A stretch of DNA of 64,000 nucleotides from a candidate division TM6 bacterium GW2011_GWF2_37_49 (lineage in GTDB: Bacteria; Babelota; Babeliae; Babelales; RVW-14). The notes below the pieces were generated by a model. It was not told the DNA's origin. It did no database searches and worked only from the letters and a program-made list of their open reading frames with translations. Positions 1 through 11,823 of this stretch are shown piece after piece (within the stretch, counting starts at the first letter, position 1; the number at the start of each line of letters is the position of its first letter). The position numbers and the translations under genes are program-made. The stretch lies in the NCBI GenBank assembly GCA_945861145.1, contig CAMATL010000004.1:8264-72263 (forward strand). Direction: 5' to 3'.

Positions 1-453
1 GAATGAGCGAATTTTATCAGCAACGTTACCGAGCTCAAATTTGTCCGCTGATTTAAGCGTCAATAATTGACCAGTTTTATCGACTTCAACAGTAACAGCT
101 GCCGGCACATCAAATTCAATTTTATGTGTATACCCAAGAGTAAACGTCAATTTTGTCCCAGATTGAATTGCTTTGTAACCAAGGCCAACAATGACCATTT
201 TAGTTTCAAAACCTTTTTCAACACCAGTAACTTTATTGGCGAGCAATGCACGATGCAAGCCCCAAAGCATACGATTTGCTCGTGTGTCTTCAGTAACTGT
301 CAGGCGTAACATATTGTCAGCAACAGCTATTTTAACTGTTTCTGGCAATATATGCTCAAACTTGGCTTTGCCACCATCAACTAAAACCTTAGTCCCATTG
401 ATGGTAATTTTAGCGGAGGTAAAGGCAATAGGCATTCTTCCGATTTTTGACAT
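1..453 (-). CDS. rplF: 50S ribosomal protein L6 (3' end runs off window start)
   Basis: Absent from the ORF track because it is open to the window edge. Reverse translation from the ATG at 453-451 gives MSKIGRMPIAFTSAKITINGTKVLVDGGKAKFEHILPETVK..., in frame to base 1. It follows S8 in spc-operon order. Confidence 0.9.
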   Translation of the reverse strand, partial: MSKIGRMPIAFTSAKITINGTKVLVDGGKAKFEHILPETVKIAVADNMLRLTVTEDTRANRMLWGLHRALLANKVTGVEKGFETKMVIVGLGYKAIQSGTKLTFTLGYTHKIEFDVPAAVTVEVDKTGQLLTLKSADKFELGNVADKIRSF

Positions 454-474
454 AATTCGTAACCCTTATAATCC

Positions 475-861
475 TTACCAAACCCGACAAATCAATTCAC
501 CACCAACACTCAACTCACGCGCCCTACGATCTGTAAGCAAACCAACATTAGTTGAAACGATAGCAATTCCCAAACCACCAATCACAGGCTTAATTTTATT
601 TGCACCTTGATATGACCTACGACCTGGGGTGCTCATGCGCTTTATTTCATGAATCACAGGTTCGCCATCAACATACTTCAAGTAAACAGTTAAAAAACCT
701 TTTATGCCTTCTTGTTCAAGTTTGAAGTCTTTAACATATCCTTCATCCTTGAGCAATTGAGCTATTGTTAGTTTCAATTTCGATGTAGCAACTTTAACCG
801 TACGCTTACGAGCGCCGATACCATTGCGAATCACCGTCAAAAAATCTCCGATAGAATCCAT
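475..861 (-). CDS. rpsH: 30S ribosomal protein S8
   Basis: 128 aa, MDSIGDFLTVIRNGIGARKRTV...; operon position between S14 and L6. Confidence 0.96.
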   Translation of the reverse strand: MDSIGDFLTVIRNGIGARKRTVKVATSKLKLTIAQLLKDEGYVKDFKLEQEGIKGFLTVYLKYVDGEPVIHEIKRMSTPGRRSYQGANKIKPVIGGLGIAIVSTNVGLLTDRRARELSVGGELICRVW

Positions 862-885
862 TTAAACACCTTGCTTCAAAATTGA

Positions 886-1191
886 TTACCAACTTGCCTT
901 TTTAACACCAGGCAATAATCCTAGTAGAGCAAATTTTCTAAATGCCATACGTGAAAGGTTAAACATGCGCATAAAAGCTCGCGGTTTTCCTGTCAATGTA
1001 CAACGATTACGCATACGAGTAATCGAAGAATTGTTTGGAAGTTTGTCCATCGCAAACTGAGCTTCACGTTTTTCTTCCAAAGTCGTTGCTGGATTTTTAA
1101 TAACAGCAGCTAGTTTTTTTCTCTTTGCACCATGTTTTTGGTACAAATTACTGCGTTTTTTTTCTTTTTCAATGAGTGCTTTTCTTGCCAT
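886..1191 (-). CDS. rpsN: 30S ribosomal protein S14 (long, non-zinc form)
   Basis: 101 aa, MARKALIEKEKKR...RCTLTGKPRAFMRMFNLSRMAFRKFALLGLLPGVKKASW. Confidence 0.95.
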   Translation of the reverse strand: MARKALIEKEKKRSNLYQKHGAKRKKLAAVIKNPATTLEEKREAQFAMDKLPNNSSITRMRNRCTLTGKPRAFMRMFNLSRMAFRKFALLGLLPGVKKASW

Positions 1192-1211
1192 AATTTTTCC
1201 CGGCTTTGACT

Positions 1212-1757
1212 CTATGATTTCTTACGAAAAGGCATACCAAAAGCTTTCAACAGAGCATATGCCTCTGCGTCTGTCTTTGCAGTAGTCTGAATAGTAATAT
1301 TAAGACCTCTGCTGCCTGCAGCTGTGTCATAATCAATTTCAGGAAAAACCATCCAATCTTTTAGACCAAGATTGTAATTGCCTTTTCCATCAAACTTCGG
1401 TGAAACTCCTTGAAAATCGCGCACTGCAGGTAATATTGCATTGATTAATTTTTCAAGAAAATGATACATACGGTCTGAGCGCAAAGTAACCATTACACCA
1501 ATAGGCATGCCTTCACGCAATTTAAAACTTGCGATAGACTTTTTTGCCTTTGTTGTTACAGCAGCTTGCCCAGTAATCATGGTAAGAATATCTTTGACAC
1601 CGTTTATTACTTTATTGTCAGAAACCGCATCTTTTACACCAATGTTTACTACAACCTTGGAGACTCGCGGTACCTGCATAACATTCGTGTATCCCAACTC
1701 TGCTATGAGTTGATCACGAACTGTTGCTGAATAATGTTCTTGCAAATGAGATTTCAT
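1212..1757 (-). CDS. rplE: 50S ribosomal protein L5
   Basis: 181 aa; operon order L24-L5-S14; typical L5 length and sequence. Confidence 0.95.
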   Translation of the reverse strand: MKSHLQEHYSATVRDQLIAELGYTNVMQVPRVSKVVVNIGVKDAVSDNKVINGVKDILTMITGQAAVTTKAKKSIASFKLREGMPIGVMVTLRSDRMYHFLEKLINAILPAVRDFQGVSPKFDGKGNYNLGLKDWMVFPEIDYDTAAGSRGLNITIQTTAKTDAEAYALLKAFGMPFRKKS

Positions 1758-1775
1758 ACGCCTAATCCATCAGTA

Positions 1776-2090
1776 CTAAAACGATTCCTTACAACGACCA
1801 CACATACGTGCTTTCTCCGATCCTTCGTGAAAGCGCACTTGCACACGGCAAGGCTTTTTGCATGACGGACAGATTGGCATAATTTTACATAACATAATTG
1901 GGCGCTCTTCTTTGACCGTACGGCTCTTTTCGCCAGCCTTACGTGCTTTAACATGGTGTGCTACCACACTCACATCTTTAACAAGAGCTACACCATCTTT
2001 TTGATCAACCGAAATAACTAAGCCCTGTTTGCCCTTATCTTTACCAGAAAGAACAACCACGGAGTCATTTTTCTTAATTCTGCTTAACAT
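1776..2090 (-). CDS. rplX: 50S ribosomal protein L24 with C-terminal Cys4 zinc-ribbon motif
   Basis: 104 aa, KOW-like N-terminus [24 protein letters not shown]-terminus [11 protein letters not shown]...MCGRCKESF resembles the Thermus-type zinc-binding L24. Confidence 0.93.
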   Translation of the reverse strand: MLSRIKKNDSVVVLSGKDKGKQGLVISVDQKDGVALVKDVSVVAHHVKARKAGEKSRTVKEERPIMLCKIMPICPSCKKPCRVQVRFHEGSEKARMCGRCKESF

Positions 2091-2110
2091 ATCGCGATGC
2101 CCTTACCTGA

Positions 2111-2479
2111 TTACAGTACTTCCGGTGCCAAAGAAATAATTTTTGCATACCCGGCCGCACGTAATTCTCTTGCCACCGGCCCAAAAATACGTGTACCAAC
2201 CGGCTGTTTGTCTTTACCAATAATCACAGCAGCGTTATCGTCGAAACGAATGTAACTACCGTCTGCACGGCGACATTCTTTTCTCGTTCTGACAATGACG
2301 GCACTAAGAACTTCACTTTTTTTAACAGTGCCACCTGGGATAGCTTTTTTCACGGTAACTCTAACTATATCACCTAAATAGGCGTAGCGTTTACCAGTGC
2401 TTCCAGTCACTTGAATGACTTTAAGTTTTTTTGCACCTGAGTTATCAGCAACTTCGAGCATTGTTTCTTGTTGAACCAT
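2111..2479 (-). CDS. rplN: 50S ribosomal protein L14
   Basis: 122 aa, [24 protein letters not shown]... Confidence 0.97.
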   Translation of the reverse strand: MVQQETMLEVADNSGAKKLKVIQVTGSTGKRYAYLGDIVRVTVKKAIPGGTVKKSEVLSAVIVRTRKECRRADGSYIRFDDNAAVIIGKDKQPVGTRIFGPVARELRAAGYAKIISLAPEVL

Positions 2480-2481
2480 CT

Positions 2482-2754
2482 CTAAACCTTTGAGCTATTT
2501 GATTGAATAACCCGACTCAATACCATGTGCTTGGTTTTAGATAATGGTCGACATTCCATAATTTCTACCAAGTCACCAATTTTAGCAACTTCTGCTTCAT
2601 CGTGCGCTTTGTATTTTTTAAAACGACGGATGATTTTGCCATACAATGGATGTGCAAAGGTCCTCGTTACCTTAACGGTAATCGTTTTATCCATCTTGTC
2701 GGAGACAACTTCTCCTTGCAAGACCTTGTTTTTGTTCTCAGAACTCATAACCAT
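2482..2754 (-). CDS. rpsQ: 30S ribosomal protein S17
   Basis: 90 aa, ...[41 protein letters not shown]... Confidence 0.95.
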   Translation of the reverse strand: MVMSSENKNKVLQGEVVSDKMDKTITVKVTRTFAHPLYGKIIRRFKKYKAHDEAEVAKIGDLVEIMECRPLSKTKHMVLSRVIQSNSSKV

Positions 2755-2808
2755 AATGATACTAGTCCTATTAAAACTGGTTTGTTTATTATAAAAGCCG
2801 TAAGTAAA

Positions 2809-3042
2809 TTACTTACGCTTTCCTTTTGGTGATACTTCTTTAGAAGCATCAACCACAACGCCGCCCTGATTAATGAGCGTCAAACATTGCGCAATTTTGC
2901 TTCGCAATTTGCGAAACTGCGAAATATCCTTAACTTGTCCAGCCATAGCCGTAAGCCGTAAGTTGAAGAGTTCTTTTTTCAAAGAATTAACTTCAGAGTG
3001 TAAGGACACCGCGTCCATTTTTTTCATTTCTGTAAAATCCAT
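2809..3042 (-). CDS. rpmC: 50S ribosomal protein L29
   Basis: 77 aa, small helical protein between L16 and S17, ...LKKELFNLRLTAMAGQVKDISQFRKLRSKIAQ... Confidence 0.9.
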   Translation of the reverse strand: MDFTEMKKMDAVSLHSEVNSLKKELFNLRLTAMAGQVKDISQFRKLRSKIAQCLTLINQGGVVVDASKEVSPKGKRK

Positions 3043-3054
3043 AACTGTCCTTAC

Positions 3055-3498
3055 TTACTTCGCTATTGTCGCTGTTGCTGCTGATTCTGGATTTCTCGCA
3101 ACAACCTTTGTCTTGATTGGCAATTTATATGCAGCTGCCTGTAAAATTTCTCGTGCAACAGCAAGATCAAAATCGCCCTTAATTTCAAAAATTACGCGAC
3201 CTCTCTTAACAGGAGCTGCCCAAAATTCAGTGCCACCTTTACCTTTACCCATACGGGTTTCAGCTGGTTTCTTAGAGATTGGCTTATCTGGAAACACTCG
3301 CAAAAAGGCTTCACCAAGCTTTTTCAATTTACGATTTAGTGTTATACGCACTGATTCAATTTGTCTATCGGTAAGCCATACAGGCTCAAGAGCCATAAGA
3401 CCATAATCTCCAAAATGGACCGTGCGCGCCCCCTTAGAAAGACCCTTCAATGATCCTCGTTGTGATTTGCGAAATTTTGTTTTTTTGGGCATTAACAT
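3055..3498 (-). CDS. rplP: 50S ribosomal protein L16
   Basis: 147 aa, MLMPKKTKFRKSQRGSLKG... Confidence 0.96.
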   Translation of the reverse strand: MLMPKKTKFRKSQRGSLKGLSKGARTVHFGDYGLMALEPVWLTDRQIESVRITLNRKLKKLGEAFLRVFPDKPISKKPAETRMGKGKGGTEFWAAPVKRGRVIFEIKGDFDLAVAREILQAAAYKLPIKTKVVARNPESAATATIAK

Positions 3499-3528
3499 GG
3501 CAAGATATCCTTGTTTAAATATTCAATC

Positions 3529-4149
3529 TTAGTATTCACCCTTGCAAATCCAAACCTTAATGCCAATGATGCCATAAATCGTCTTAGCTTCCGCTAAGGC
3601 GTATTGGACATTCGCACGGATGGTATGCAAAGGAATAGACCCAAGTCGCAACCATTCGGAACGAGCAATTTCAGCTCCACCGAGTCGACCCGAGACACAG
3701 ATTTTAATACCTTTAGCGCCACTTTTCAAGGCCGCAAAACCAGCTTTCTTCATTAACTTTTTAACGCTTACACGTTTTTCAAGTTGTTCAGCAATTCCTT
3801 CAGCAACAAGCTGTGAATTTAGTTCAGGAGATTTCTCTTCTTGAACTGAAATATCAATGCTCTTGTTAACTAATTTGTTTAAATCAAACTTAAGCTGATC
3901 AATGCCCTGGCCTTTTTTACCAATAATCAATCCTGGTCGAGACGCGAATAATGTTACGCGAACATTATCCACTGCTTTATCAATAACGACTTTTGATAAA
4001 TCAGTTCTGCTCAACTTATGTGCAAGATATTCTCTAATTCTAAAGTCCTCGATGAGGCTTGCACCATAGGCATTTTTTGAAAACCAATGAGCAGACCAAT
4101 CTTCGTGAACACCGAGCCTAAACCCTAACGGGTGAACTTTTTGTCCCAC
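3529..4149 (-). CDS. rpsC: 30S ribosomal protein S3
   Basis: 206 aa, MGQKVHPLGFRLGVHEDWSAHWF...; KH-domain S3. Confidence 0.97.
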   Translation of the reverse strand: MGQKVHPLGFRLGVHEDWSAHWFSKNAYGASLIEDFRIREYLAHKLSRTDLSKVVIDKAVDNVRVTLFASRPGLIIGKKGQGIDQLKFDLNKLVNKSIDISVQEEKSPELNSQLVAEGIAEQLEKRVSVKKLMKKAGFAALKSGAKGIKICVSGRLGGAEIARSEWLRLGSIPLHTIRANVQYALAEAKTIYGIIGIKVWICKGEY

Positions 4150-4182
4150 CTGACACCTCAGTAAAGAGTATTCTAATTCTTA

Positions 4183-4524
4183 CTAACTTTTCATCTCAAC
4201 AATAACACTAACGTGACACAACCGTTTACGTTGGATAACGCCGCGACCCATTGCACCGGGCTTAAAATAGCGAATAATAGGGCCTTGATCGATGCGAACT
4301 TCTTTAATATTCAGATCATCGATAACAACCGCATCTCCACCCTTATTCTTTGCATTTGCTGCTGCAGACATCATTGTCTTTAGCAACGGTAGAGTTCGCC
4401 TGTTGGCACAAGTCTTGAGCCATGCATACGCCTTACCAACCGTGTTACCACGAATTACATCAGCATACGGTCGTAACTTGTAGGGCGAAAGACGAACATA
4501 TTTACTTATTGCTTGTGCTTGCAT
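4183..4524 (-). CDS. rplV: 50S ribosomal protein L22
   Basis: 113 aa; operon position S19-L22-S3. Confidence 0.93.
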   Translation of the reverse strand: MQAQAISKYVRLSPYKLRPYADVIRGNTVGKAYAWLKTCANRRTLPLLKTMMSAAANAKNKGGDAVVIDDLNIKEVRIDQGPIIRYFKPGAMGRGVIQRKRLCHVSVIVEMKS

Positions 4525-4560
4525 TTCAAGAAATCCTAAACCTTTTGATACTTAACCTAT

Positions 4561-4842
4561 TTATTTTGCTTTTTCAGCCTGACGCTGGCCGCTATGCAAT
4601 CTAAATGTTCTTGTTGGCGCAAATTCACCAAGTGCATGCCCAACCATATTTTCAGTTAAGTACACTGAATTAAACTTCCGCCCGTCATGAACCGCAATTG
4701 TTAACCCTACAAATTCTGGGGTAACAACACTATCCCGTGACCATGTTTTTATTACTTCTTTTTTGCCACCGCTTTGAATTTTTTCAAGCTTGCGCAAAAG
4801 TGAAGAAGCAACGAATGGGCCTTTTTTTATAGATCTTGCCAT
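4561..4842 (-). CDS. rpsS: 30S ribosomal protein S19
   Basis: 93 aa, [21 protein letters not shown]... Confidence 0.96.
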   Translation of the reverse strand: MARSIKKGPFVASSLLRKLEKIQSGGKKEVIKTWSRDSVVTPEFVGLTIAVHDGRKFNSVYLTENMVGHALGEFAPTRTFRLHSGQRQAEKAK

Positions 4843-4865
4843 TAACTTACCTCGCTTCTAGGTAT

Positions 4866-5681
4866 CTATTTACGACGTTTAATAATAAGGGCACTCTTAC
4901 GCGTACGCGTACGTGCACCTTTACAGCTCTTACCCCATGGAGTTGTTGGGTGAGAACCTGACTTAGAACGACCTTCACCACCACCATGAGGGTGATCAAC
5001 AGGGTTCATTGCCATACCACGCACTGTTGGTCTGATACCAAGATGACGAGTTCTTCCTGCTTTACCAAGAACCATGTTGCGATAATCAGCATTTGATAGA
5101 ACACCAATTGTTGCCCAATTATCAAGCCCCATGTAACGCAACTCACCAGATGGCATTTTCAAAATTGCTTTATCATCTTCTTTTGCTACTAATTGCACAG
5201 AGCAACCAGCACTTCTAGCAATTTTGCCACCCTTACCTGGATACATTTCTACGTTATGAATGAAAAAGCCAACTGGAATACTGCGCATTGGCAGACAGTT
5301 TCCTACTTTTGCTTCAGCTTTTTCACTAGACATAACTGCATCGCCAACTTTGATATTTTCAGGCTTAAGCATGTAAGCTTTTGCACCATTGCTGTAGTAT
5401 ACAAGAGCAATTGGTAAATTTCTATTAGGATCATACTCAATCGCACGTACAACGCCTGGAACATTCTTATGTTTGCGCTGAAAATCGATTATACGGTACA
5501 ATTTTTTTGCACCACCGCCCTTATGACGAGAGGTAATACGCCCGTAAGCATTTCTTCCACCGGTTTTAGGCAACGGAGCAAGTAATGACTTTTCAGGATC
5601 CTTCTTGGTCAGATCTTCATACTTTATAAACTGTTGAAAACGCAACGAAGCGTTTCTTGGTTTTCTACTAACAATAGCCAT
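4866..5681 (-). CDS. rplB: 50S ribosomal protein L2
   Basis: 271 aa, ...MNPVDHPHGGGEGRSKSG... Confidence 0.97.
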   Translation of the reverse strand: MAIVSRKPRNASLRFQQFIKYEDLTKKDPEKSLLAPLPKTGGRNAYGRITSRHKGGGAKKLYRIIDFQRKHKNVPGVVRAIEYDPNRNLPIALVYYSNGAKAYMLKPENIKVGDAVMSSEKAEAKVGNCLPMRSIPVGFFIHNVEMYPGKGGKIARSAGCSVQLVAKEDDKAILKMPSGELRYMGLDNWATIGVLSNADYRNMVLGKAGRTRHLGIRPTVRGMAMNPVDHPHGGGEGRSKSGSHPTTPWGKSCKGARTRTRKSALIIKRRK

Positions 5682-5683
5682 AC

Positions 5684-6031
5684 CTATTCCTTAGCCTCGG
5701 CCTGTTGTACACTAGCCCCATCTTCTACGCCCATTGTCTCGAACATAGAAGGCAAGTTAATCTTATAACCTTCTTTTAACGTAATAATAGCACGTTTTTT
5801 GTCAGAAGTTTTAAATGGTCTTTTCGCATATGTTTTATTTTTACCCTTACGGATCATCATGCGAACATTATCAACTTCAACGTTCCATATTTTCTCAACT
5901 GCACGACGAACCATTAATTTGTTCGCATACAAATTGACTTCAAACGTTACCTTGCCAGCCTTTTGAAAAAGCATAACGCTCTTACTCGTGATGACCGGTT
6001 TTTTTATGATATCGTAAATACTTAGTTCCAT
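5684..6031 (-). CDS. rplW: 50S ribosomal protein L23
   Basis: 115 aa; operon position L4-L23-L2; MELSIYDIIKKPVITSKS... Confidence 0.92.
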   Translation of the reverse strand: MELSIYDIIKKPVITSKSVMLFQKAGKVTFEVNLYANKLMVRRAVEKIWNVEVDNVRMMIRKGKNKTYAKRPFKTSDKKRAIITLKEGYKINLPSMFETMGVEDGASVQQAEAKE

Positions 6032-6666
6032 TTCAAAACCATTTCTTTAAAGAGAGCTACATCACGCTTTAAAATCACCCAAGCATTGGCGCTTGCAAGA
6101 TCATATGCATTTGGTTGATCGTAAAAAATGATCTTTACGTTTGGAATATTTAAGAAAGATGAAAACGTAATTTCATCACCAAACGAAAGAAACATCAAGA
6201 TTTTTCTGTTCGCTATTTCAGCAGCATTCAACAACTTTTGAGCTGTTTTTGTGCTCGGCTTTGAAAGCCCATCCATATCTAAACAGAAAACTCCATCGCG
6301 AGTGATCATGTTTTGAAATAAATTATTCAAAACTAATCGTTTTTGTCCTGCATTAACACTGAGTGTACGTGTCCGTGGCTGAGGACCAAAAATAATACCA
6401 CCTTTTCTCCACAATGGTGAACGGATAGAACTCACACGAGCTCTACCAGTACCTTTTTGCTTCCAAGGTTTTTTATTTGAGAACGCAACTTGACCACGTG
6501 TTTTACTTGCAACGGTACCTTGTCTCCAATTTTGAAACAAAACGCGAATACCAACAGCAAATGCTCTTGGGCTCACTTTTTTTGATTCAAAACCTGTAAG
6601 ATCAAGTGCAAACGGTTGTGGCTGTTGATCAATTCCATAAACATTAATTGTGTGATTCACCATCAA
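6022..6666 (-). CDS. rplD: 50S ribosomal protein L4
   Basis: 214 aa, ...KKPWKQKGTGRARVSSIRSPLWRKGGIIFGP... Confidence 0.95.
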   Translation of the reverse strand: MMVNHTINVYGIDQQPQPFALDLTGFESKKVSPRAFAVGIRVLFQNWRQGTVASKTRGQVAFSNKKPWKQKGTGRARVSSIRSPLWRKGGIIFGPQPRTRTLSVNAGQKRLVLNNLFQNMITRDGVFCLDMDGLSKPSTKTAQKLLNAAEIANRKILMFLSFGDEITFSSFLNIPNVKIIFYDQPNAYDLASANAWVILKRDVALFKEMVLKWN

Positions 6667-7295
6667 ACTCCTTGCAACTTGATGTGTACCAAGGTGGCTA
6701 TTTTTCCTGGCAATGCACCTTTAATAAAAATACACCCTGCTTGTTCGTCCAATTTTACCAACGTCAATCCACGAACGGTAAAATTGCGAAATCCTGTATG
6801 TCCAGGCAAGCGCTTACCTTTAATAACTTCACCCTGACGACGCATGTTACCAATCGAACCAGGCTTACGATGGAATGTTGATCCGTGAGATCCCGGTCCG
6901 CCCGCAAAACCCCAACGCTTAACAACACCCTGAAAACCAAGTCCGCGACTTCTTGCGGAAACGCTTATTTTCGCACCAACCTTTAAAGGCCCATTGGTAA
7001 AATTAAGCGCTTGTCCCATGGTAAAATTTACCGTAGTTGCTGCATCAACAGATACTTCTTTGATATGCAAGAAAAACTTAGCTTTCTCTTTCAACCATTC
7101 CATCAAAAACGGTTTATTTCTATAACGCTCTTTTAATAGACCAAGCTGCAAAGAGCTATACCCGTCGTGTTCTACTGTTTTAACTTGCAACACGTACCAA
7201 TTGGCAACGTTAACCACGGTGACAGGAACAACATTACCCTTTGTATCAAAGAGCTGCGTCATCCCTATTTTTGTTCCTACTATATTCTGCAACAT
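6663..7295 (-). CDS. rplC: 50S ribosomal protein L3
   Basis: 210 aa, ...GTKIGMTQLFDTKGNVVPVTVV... Confidence 0.96.
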   Translation of the reverse strand: MLQNIVGTKIGMTQLFDTKGNVVPVTVVNVANWYVLQVKTVEHDGYSSLQLGLLKERYRNKPFLMEWLKEKAKFFLHIKEVSVDAATTVNFTMGQALNFTNGPLKVGAKISVSARSRGLGFQGVVKRWGFAGGPGSHGSTFHRKPGSIGNMRRQGEVIKGKRLPGHTGFRNFTVRGLTLVKLDEQAGCIFIKGALPGKIATLVHIKLQGV

Positions 7296-7321
7296 AACTG
7301 CCTCTAACTAATCCCAAGTCT

Positions 7322-7630
7322 CTACTTGATTTCCACATCAACACCAGCAGATATGTTCAACTTCATTAACGCGTCCATTGTTTGCTCAACAGGAGCAATA
7401 ATATCAACAATGCGCTTATGGGTTGTCAATTCAAACTGCTCGCGAGACTTTTTATCGATATGCGGGGAGCGCAATACCGTAAAAAGCCGCTTTTTGTTAG
7501 GCAATGGAACAGGTCCCAAAATTTGGGATCCTGTTCTTTTAACGGTCATAACAATCTGTTTTACTGCGTTATCAAGCAGTTGATGATCGTAAGACTTGAG
7601 CGTCAAACGTATTTTTTGTTTTTTCATCAT
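7322..7630 (-). CDS. rpsJ: 30S ribosomal protein S10
   Basis: 102 aa, ...[22 protein letters not shown]... Confidence 0.96.
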   Translation of the reverse strand: MMKKQKIRLTLKSYDHQLLDNAVKQIVMTVKRTGSQILGPVPLPNKKRLFTVLRSPHIDKKSREQFELTTHKRIVDIIAPVEQTMDALMKLNISAGVDVEIK

Positions 7631-7648
7631 GAAGATCCTGCCTGATCC

Positions 7649-8839
7649 TTACTCGATAATTTCTGTTACAACGCCTGCGCCGATGGTACGTCCACCTTCA
7701 CGGATAGCGAATTTCAATTCTTTATCCATGGCGACTTTGCTTGTAAGCTCAACTGTGACTAGAACGTCATCGCCAGGCATAACCATTTCACGACCTTCAG
7801 GCAATGTAATGGTACCGGTAACGTCTGTTGTTCTAAAATAAAATTGCGGTCTGTAGCCATTAAAGAACGGGCTATGACGACCACCTTCATCTTTGTTCAA
7901 GATAATGGTTTGAGCTTTGAACTTGTGGTGAGGTTTAATTGAGCCAGGGGCTGCAATAATTTGACCACGTTCAACGTCTTCTTTTTTGATACCACGAAGT
8001 AACAATCCAGCATTATCGCCAGCAATTACTTCTTTTAGTTCTTTGTTAAACATTTCGATGCCAGTTACCGTTGTTTTTACGGTATCTCTGAAACCAACAA
8101 TTTCAACTTCGCCACCAAGAGCCATTGAGCCACGTTCAGCTCTTCCGGTTACTACGGTGCCACGACCTGAAATTGAAAATACGTCTTCAATTGGCATCAA
8201 GAAAGGTTTATCTTTATCGCGAGCTGGTGTTGGTATGTAGGAATCAACAGCATCCATAAGCTTCATTATTGCTAGTGCGCCCAATTCACCTTGATCGCCA
8301 TTCAATGCTTTTAAGCCTGAACCACGGATCACAGGAATTTCATCACCAGGAAAACCATATTTTTTCAATAGATCGCGAATTTCTTCTTCAACAAGATCGA
8401 TCATGTCTTTATCGTCGACCATATCTACTTTGTTTAGAAATACAACAAGCGCCGGGACACCAACTTGACGAGCAAGTAGAATGTGTTCGCGAGTTTGCGG
8501 CATTGGGCCGTCAGCTGCTGACACTACAAGAATACCGCCGTCCATTTGAGCAGCACCCGTAATCATGTTTTTAACATAATCCGCGTGACCAGGACAGTCA
8601 ACGTGAGCATAATGACGCCCTGCTGTTTCATATTCAACGTGAGTAACAGAAATCGTGATACCACGAGCGCGTTCTTCAGGGGATTTGTCAATTTGATCAA
8701 ATGCCTTGAAATCCGCCATACCTTTTCCTGCAAGAACCTTTGTGATTGCTGCAGTTAAAGTTGTTTTACCATGGTCAACGTGACCGATTGTACCAATATT
8801 AACGTGAGGCTTTTTTCTCTCAAATACGCCTTTAGCCAT
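7649..8839 (-). CDS. tuf: elongation factor Tu
   Basis: 396 aa, [22 protein letters not shown] motifs. Confidence 0.99.
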   Translation of the reverse strand: MAKGVFERKKPHVNIGTIGHVDHGKTTLTAAITKVLAGKGMADFKAFDQIDKSPEERARGITISVTHVEYETAGRHYAHVDCPGHADYVKNMITGAAQMDGGILVVSAADGPMPQTREHILLARQVGVPALVVFLNKVDMVDDKDMIDLVEEEIRDLLKKYGFPGDEIPVIRGSGLKALNGDQGELGALAIMKLMDAVDSYIPTPARDKDKPFLMPIEDVFSISGRGTVVTGRAERGSMALGGEVEIVGFRDTVKTTVTGIEMFNKELKEVIAGDNAGLLLRGIKKEDVERGQIIAAPGSIKPHHKFKAQTIILNKDEGGRHSPFFNGYRPQFYFRTTDVTGTITLPEGREMVMPGDDVLVTVELTSKVAMDKELKFAIREGGRTIGAGVVTEIIE

Positions 8840-8869
8840 TTTTTATCCTTCCACACAAAACCTAAAAAA

Positions 8870-10936
8870 CTACTGTTGCTTCTTGCCTACTATCTCTTCC
8901 TGAATGCTTTTTGGTACTTCTCGATAGACTTCAAATTGCATCGAGTAACTCGCACGCCCTTTTGTCAAAGAACGAAGCGCGGTTGAATACCCAAACATCT
9001 CTCCGAGTGGCACTTCCGCAGTAATAACCTGTGAACCTTGCGCCGCATCCATTCCCAAAATTCTTCCACGACGTGAATTCAAATCGCCCATTACGTCGCC
9101 CATATTTTCATCTGGCGAAACGGCTTCGACTTTCATGATCGGCTCAAGAAGTACTGGAGAACCCTTAGCCAAACCATCCTTAAACGCCATAGAAGCTGCT
9201 ATTTTAAACGCTAATTCAGAAGAGTCAACATCATGAAACGATCCATCAAACACGCTTGCTTTGATGTCAACTACTGGATACGCGCTCAGAACGCCCTGAC
9301 CGAGGGCTTCTCTGATACCTTTTTCAATGCCTGGAATAAATTCTTTAGGAATTGTTCCACCTTTGATATCATTCACAAATTCAAAGCCAGTTGCTCGCTC
9401 TTTTGGCTCTAAACGCAACCAAACGTGGCCATATTGACCATGTCCACCTGATTGGCGAATAAACTTACCTTCCACCTCAATTGAGCGCTGGATGGTTTCT
9501 TTGTAAGCAACTTGGGCTTTACCCACGGTACTTTCAATTTTATACTCACGCAGCAAACGATCAACAATAATTTCTAGATGTAATTCACCCATGCCTGAAA
9601 TTATTGTTTGATTTGTTTCTTCGTTGTAACTAAATCTGAATGATGGGTCTTCTTGCATTAGCTTACGCAATCCGGCAACCATCTTTTCATTGTCGCCCTT
9701 ACCCTTAGGCTCAATAGCCATACTGATAACAGGATCTGGACAATTAATACGCTCAAGCAACAAAGGAAAGCCTTCTGCTGTTAAGGTATCGCCGGTAATA
9801 ACATCTTTTACACCAACAACAGCTGCAATATCGCCAGCTGTAATAACCTTAACTTCATCTCGCTTGTTTGCATGCATACGCATAAGACGGCTAACGCGCT
9901 CTTTTTTGCCTTTAGCAACGTTATACACATACGAACCAGCTTCAAGCTTGCCAGAATACACCCGAACAAAGGTCAACGACCCTACAAATGGATCGACCAT
10001 GATTTTAAAAGCTAATGCACAAAATGGCTCTGCATCATCAACTGATCTTGTTTCTGCCTGTTCGGTCTCTGGGTTGATACCTGTAACAGCATCAATATCA
10101 AGAGGTGACGGCAGATAATCAAGCACAGCATCAAGCAAAAGCTGTACGCCTTTATTTTTGAATGCAGCACCGCAAAATACAGGGGTAACCTTTTGATCAA
10201 GCACACCCTTACGCATTGCAGCTTTAATTTCTTCTACGGTAATTGGCTGAGCTTCAAGATACTTTTCAGCAAGTACTTCGTCAAAATCACCCGCACGCTC
10301 TACGATTTTTTCGTATAATTCATTGGTCTGCGCTACATATTCAGCTGGAATATCTTGCCAAGTAACAACACCCTCTGCATCAGAGATCGCCATTCTTTTT
10401 GTCAAAATATCAATAATCGCTGAAAAATCTTCTGATTTTCCGATTGGAATTTGCATTGCCAATGAGTTACCACGAAGCTTTTCAGATATTTGGCTTACAA
10501 CATTAAAGTAGTCGCCACCAACACGATCAAGCTTGTTAATAAACGCAATGCGCGGAACTTTGTAACGAGTAGCCTGGCGCCAAACCGTTTCCGATTGAGG
10601 CTGAACACCACCAACAGCACAAAATACCGCAACAGCTCCGTCAAGAACGCGCAATGAACGCTCAACTTCAATAGTAAAATCAACGTGACCCGGAGTATCA
10701 ATCAAATTAATTTGATGATCTCTCCAGAAACAGGTAGTCGCCGCTGAGGTGATTGTAATACCACGCTCACGCTCTTGCTCCATCCAGTCCATGGTCGCTT
10801 CACCAGCATGTACCTCACCAATTTTGTGAGAAACACCGGTATAAAACAAAATTCGCTCACTAACCGTGGTTTTACCCGCGTCAATGTGCGCCATGATCCC
10901 TATATTTCTATATTTCGCTAATTTAGGATTAATCAT
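8870..10936 (-). CDS. fusA: elongation factor G
   Basis: 688 aa, [17 protein letters not shown]; sits between rpsG and tuf. Confidence 0.98.
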   Translation of the reverse strand: MINPKLAKYRNIGIMAHIDAGKTTVSERILFYTGVSHKIGEVHAGEATMDWMEQERERGITITSAATTCFWRDHQINLIDTPGHVDFTIEVERSLRVLDGAVAVFCAVGGVQPQSETVWRQATRYKVPRIAFINKLDRVGGDYFNVVSQISEKLRGNSLAMQIPIGKSEDFSAIIDILTKRMAISDAEGVVTWQDIPAEYVAQTNELYEKIVERAGDFDEVLAEKYLEAQPITVEEIKAAMRKGVLDQKVTPVFCGAAFKNKGVQLLLDAVLDYLPSPLDIDAVTGINPETEQAETRSVDDAEPFCALAFKIMVDPFVGSLTFVRVYSGKLEAGSYVYNVAKGKKERVSRLMRMHANKRDEVKVITAGDIAAVVGVKDVITGDTLTAEGFPLLLERINCPDPVISMAIEPKGKGDNEKMVAGLRKLMQEDPSFRFSYNEETNQTIISGMGELHLEIIVDRLLREYKIESTVGKAQVAYKETIQRSIEVEGKFIRQSGGHGQYGHVWLRLEPKERATGFEFVNDIKGGTIPKEFIPGIEKGIREALGQGVLSAYPVVDIKASVFDGSFHDVDSSELAFKIAASMAFKDGLAKGSPVLLEPIMKVEAVSPDENMGDVMGDLNSRRGRILGMDAAQGSQVITAEVPLGEMFGYSTALRSLTKGRASYSMQFEVYREVPKSIQEEIVGKKQQ

Positions 10937-10957
10937 GTGCAGATTCCTTACCTAAAA

Positions 10958-11440
10958 TTACCAAGCGTAATGAGAGAAGGCTCTATTTGCTTCAGCCATT
11001 CTATGAACATCATTACGTTTCTTCACTGCACTTCCATTACCCTCAGCCGCATCCAATAATTCATTTGCTAATCTCTTGCCCATTGTTTTGTCTGAGCGAC
11101 TAGCTGCTGAATCAAGAATCCAACGGAACGCCAATGTCTGCGCACGAGAAGGACGAACTTCGGTAGGAATTTGGTAAACACCACCGCCAACACGACGTGA
11201 TTTTACTTCAACAAACGGGCGAACTTGGCCCATTGCTTTTTCAAACAAAGCTAAAGCTTTTTTTTCATCGCCGCCAATTTTTTTGGCAATGACATCAAAC
11301 GCTTCATAAACAATACCGCGAGCTATGCTTTTTTTTCCGCATTCCATCACGATATTGATAAATTTTTGAACAACACCTGATCCGAAGCGAGGGTCAACAC
11401 CTACTTCTCTGACCAGGTTGACAGATTTACGTCTTGGCAT
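10958..11440 (-). CDS. rpsG: 30S ribosomal protein S7
   Basis: 160 aa, [21 protein letters not shown]... Confidence 0.96.
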   Translation of the reverse strand: MPRRKSVNLVREVGVDPRFGSGVVQKFINIVMECGKKSIARGIVYEAFDVIAKKIGGDEKKALALFEKAMGQVRPFVEVKSRRVGGGVYQIPTEVRPSRAQTLAFRWILDSAASRSDKTMGKRLANELLDAAEGNGSAVKKRNDVHRMAEANRAFSHYAW

Positions 11441-11823
11441 TATTTAACACCCTTCTTCTTGCGTTTAGCACCATATAATGAACGGCTTTGATTTCTTGCC
11501 GTAACACCAGCCGCGTCTAATGTACCGCGAACAATATGATAACGCACACCAGGCAAATCTTTTACACGACCGCCACGCACAAGCACAACTGAGTGCTCTT
11601 GCAAATTGTGTCCTTCACCAGGAATGTACGCAGTAACTTCTTTACCGGTGGTAAGCTTCACACGAGCAACTTTACGTAATGCTGAGTTAGGCTTTTTCGG
11701 TGTTTGGGTGTATACACGGACGCAAACGCCGCGACGTTGTGGACACTCATTAAGAGCTGGTGCTTTCGTTTTGTACGTTACCTTTTTACGCTTGCAACGA
11801 ACAAGCTGGTTTATCGTTGGCAT
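11440..11823 (-). CDS. rpsL: 30S ribosomal protein S12
   Basis: [14 protein letters not shown]...; start moved to the ATG at 11823, since the track ORF begins 3 codons earlier at a TTG. Confidence 0.96.
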   Translation of the reverse strand: MPTINQLVRCKRKKVTYKTKAPALNECPQRRGVCVRVYTQTPKKPNSALRKVARVKLTTGKEVTAYIPGEGHNLQEHSVVLVRGGRVKDLPGVRYHIVRGTLDAAGVTARNQSRSLYGAKRKKKGVK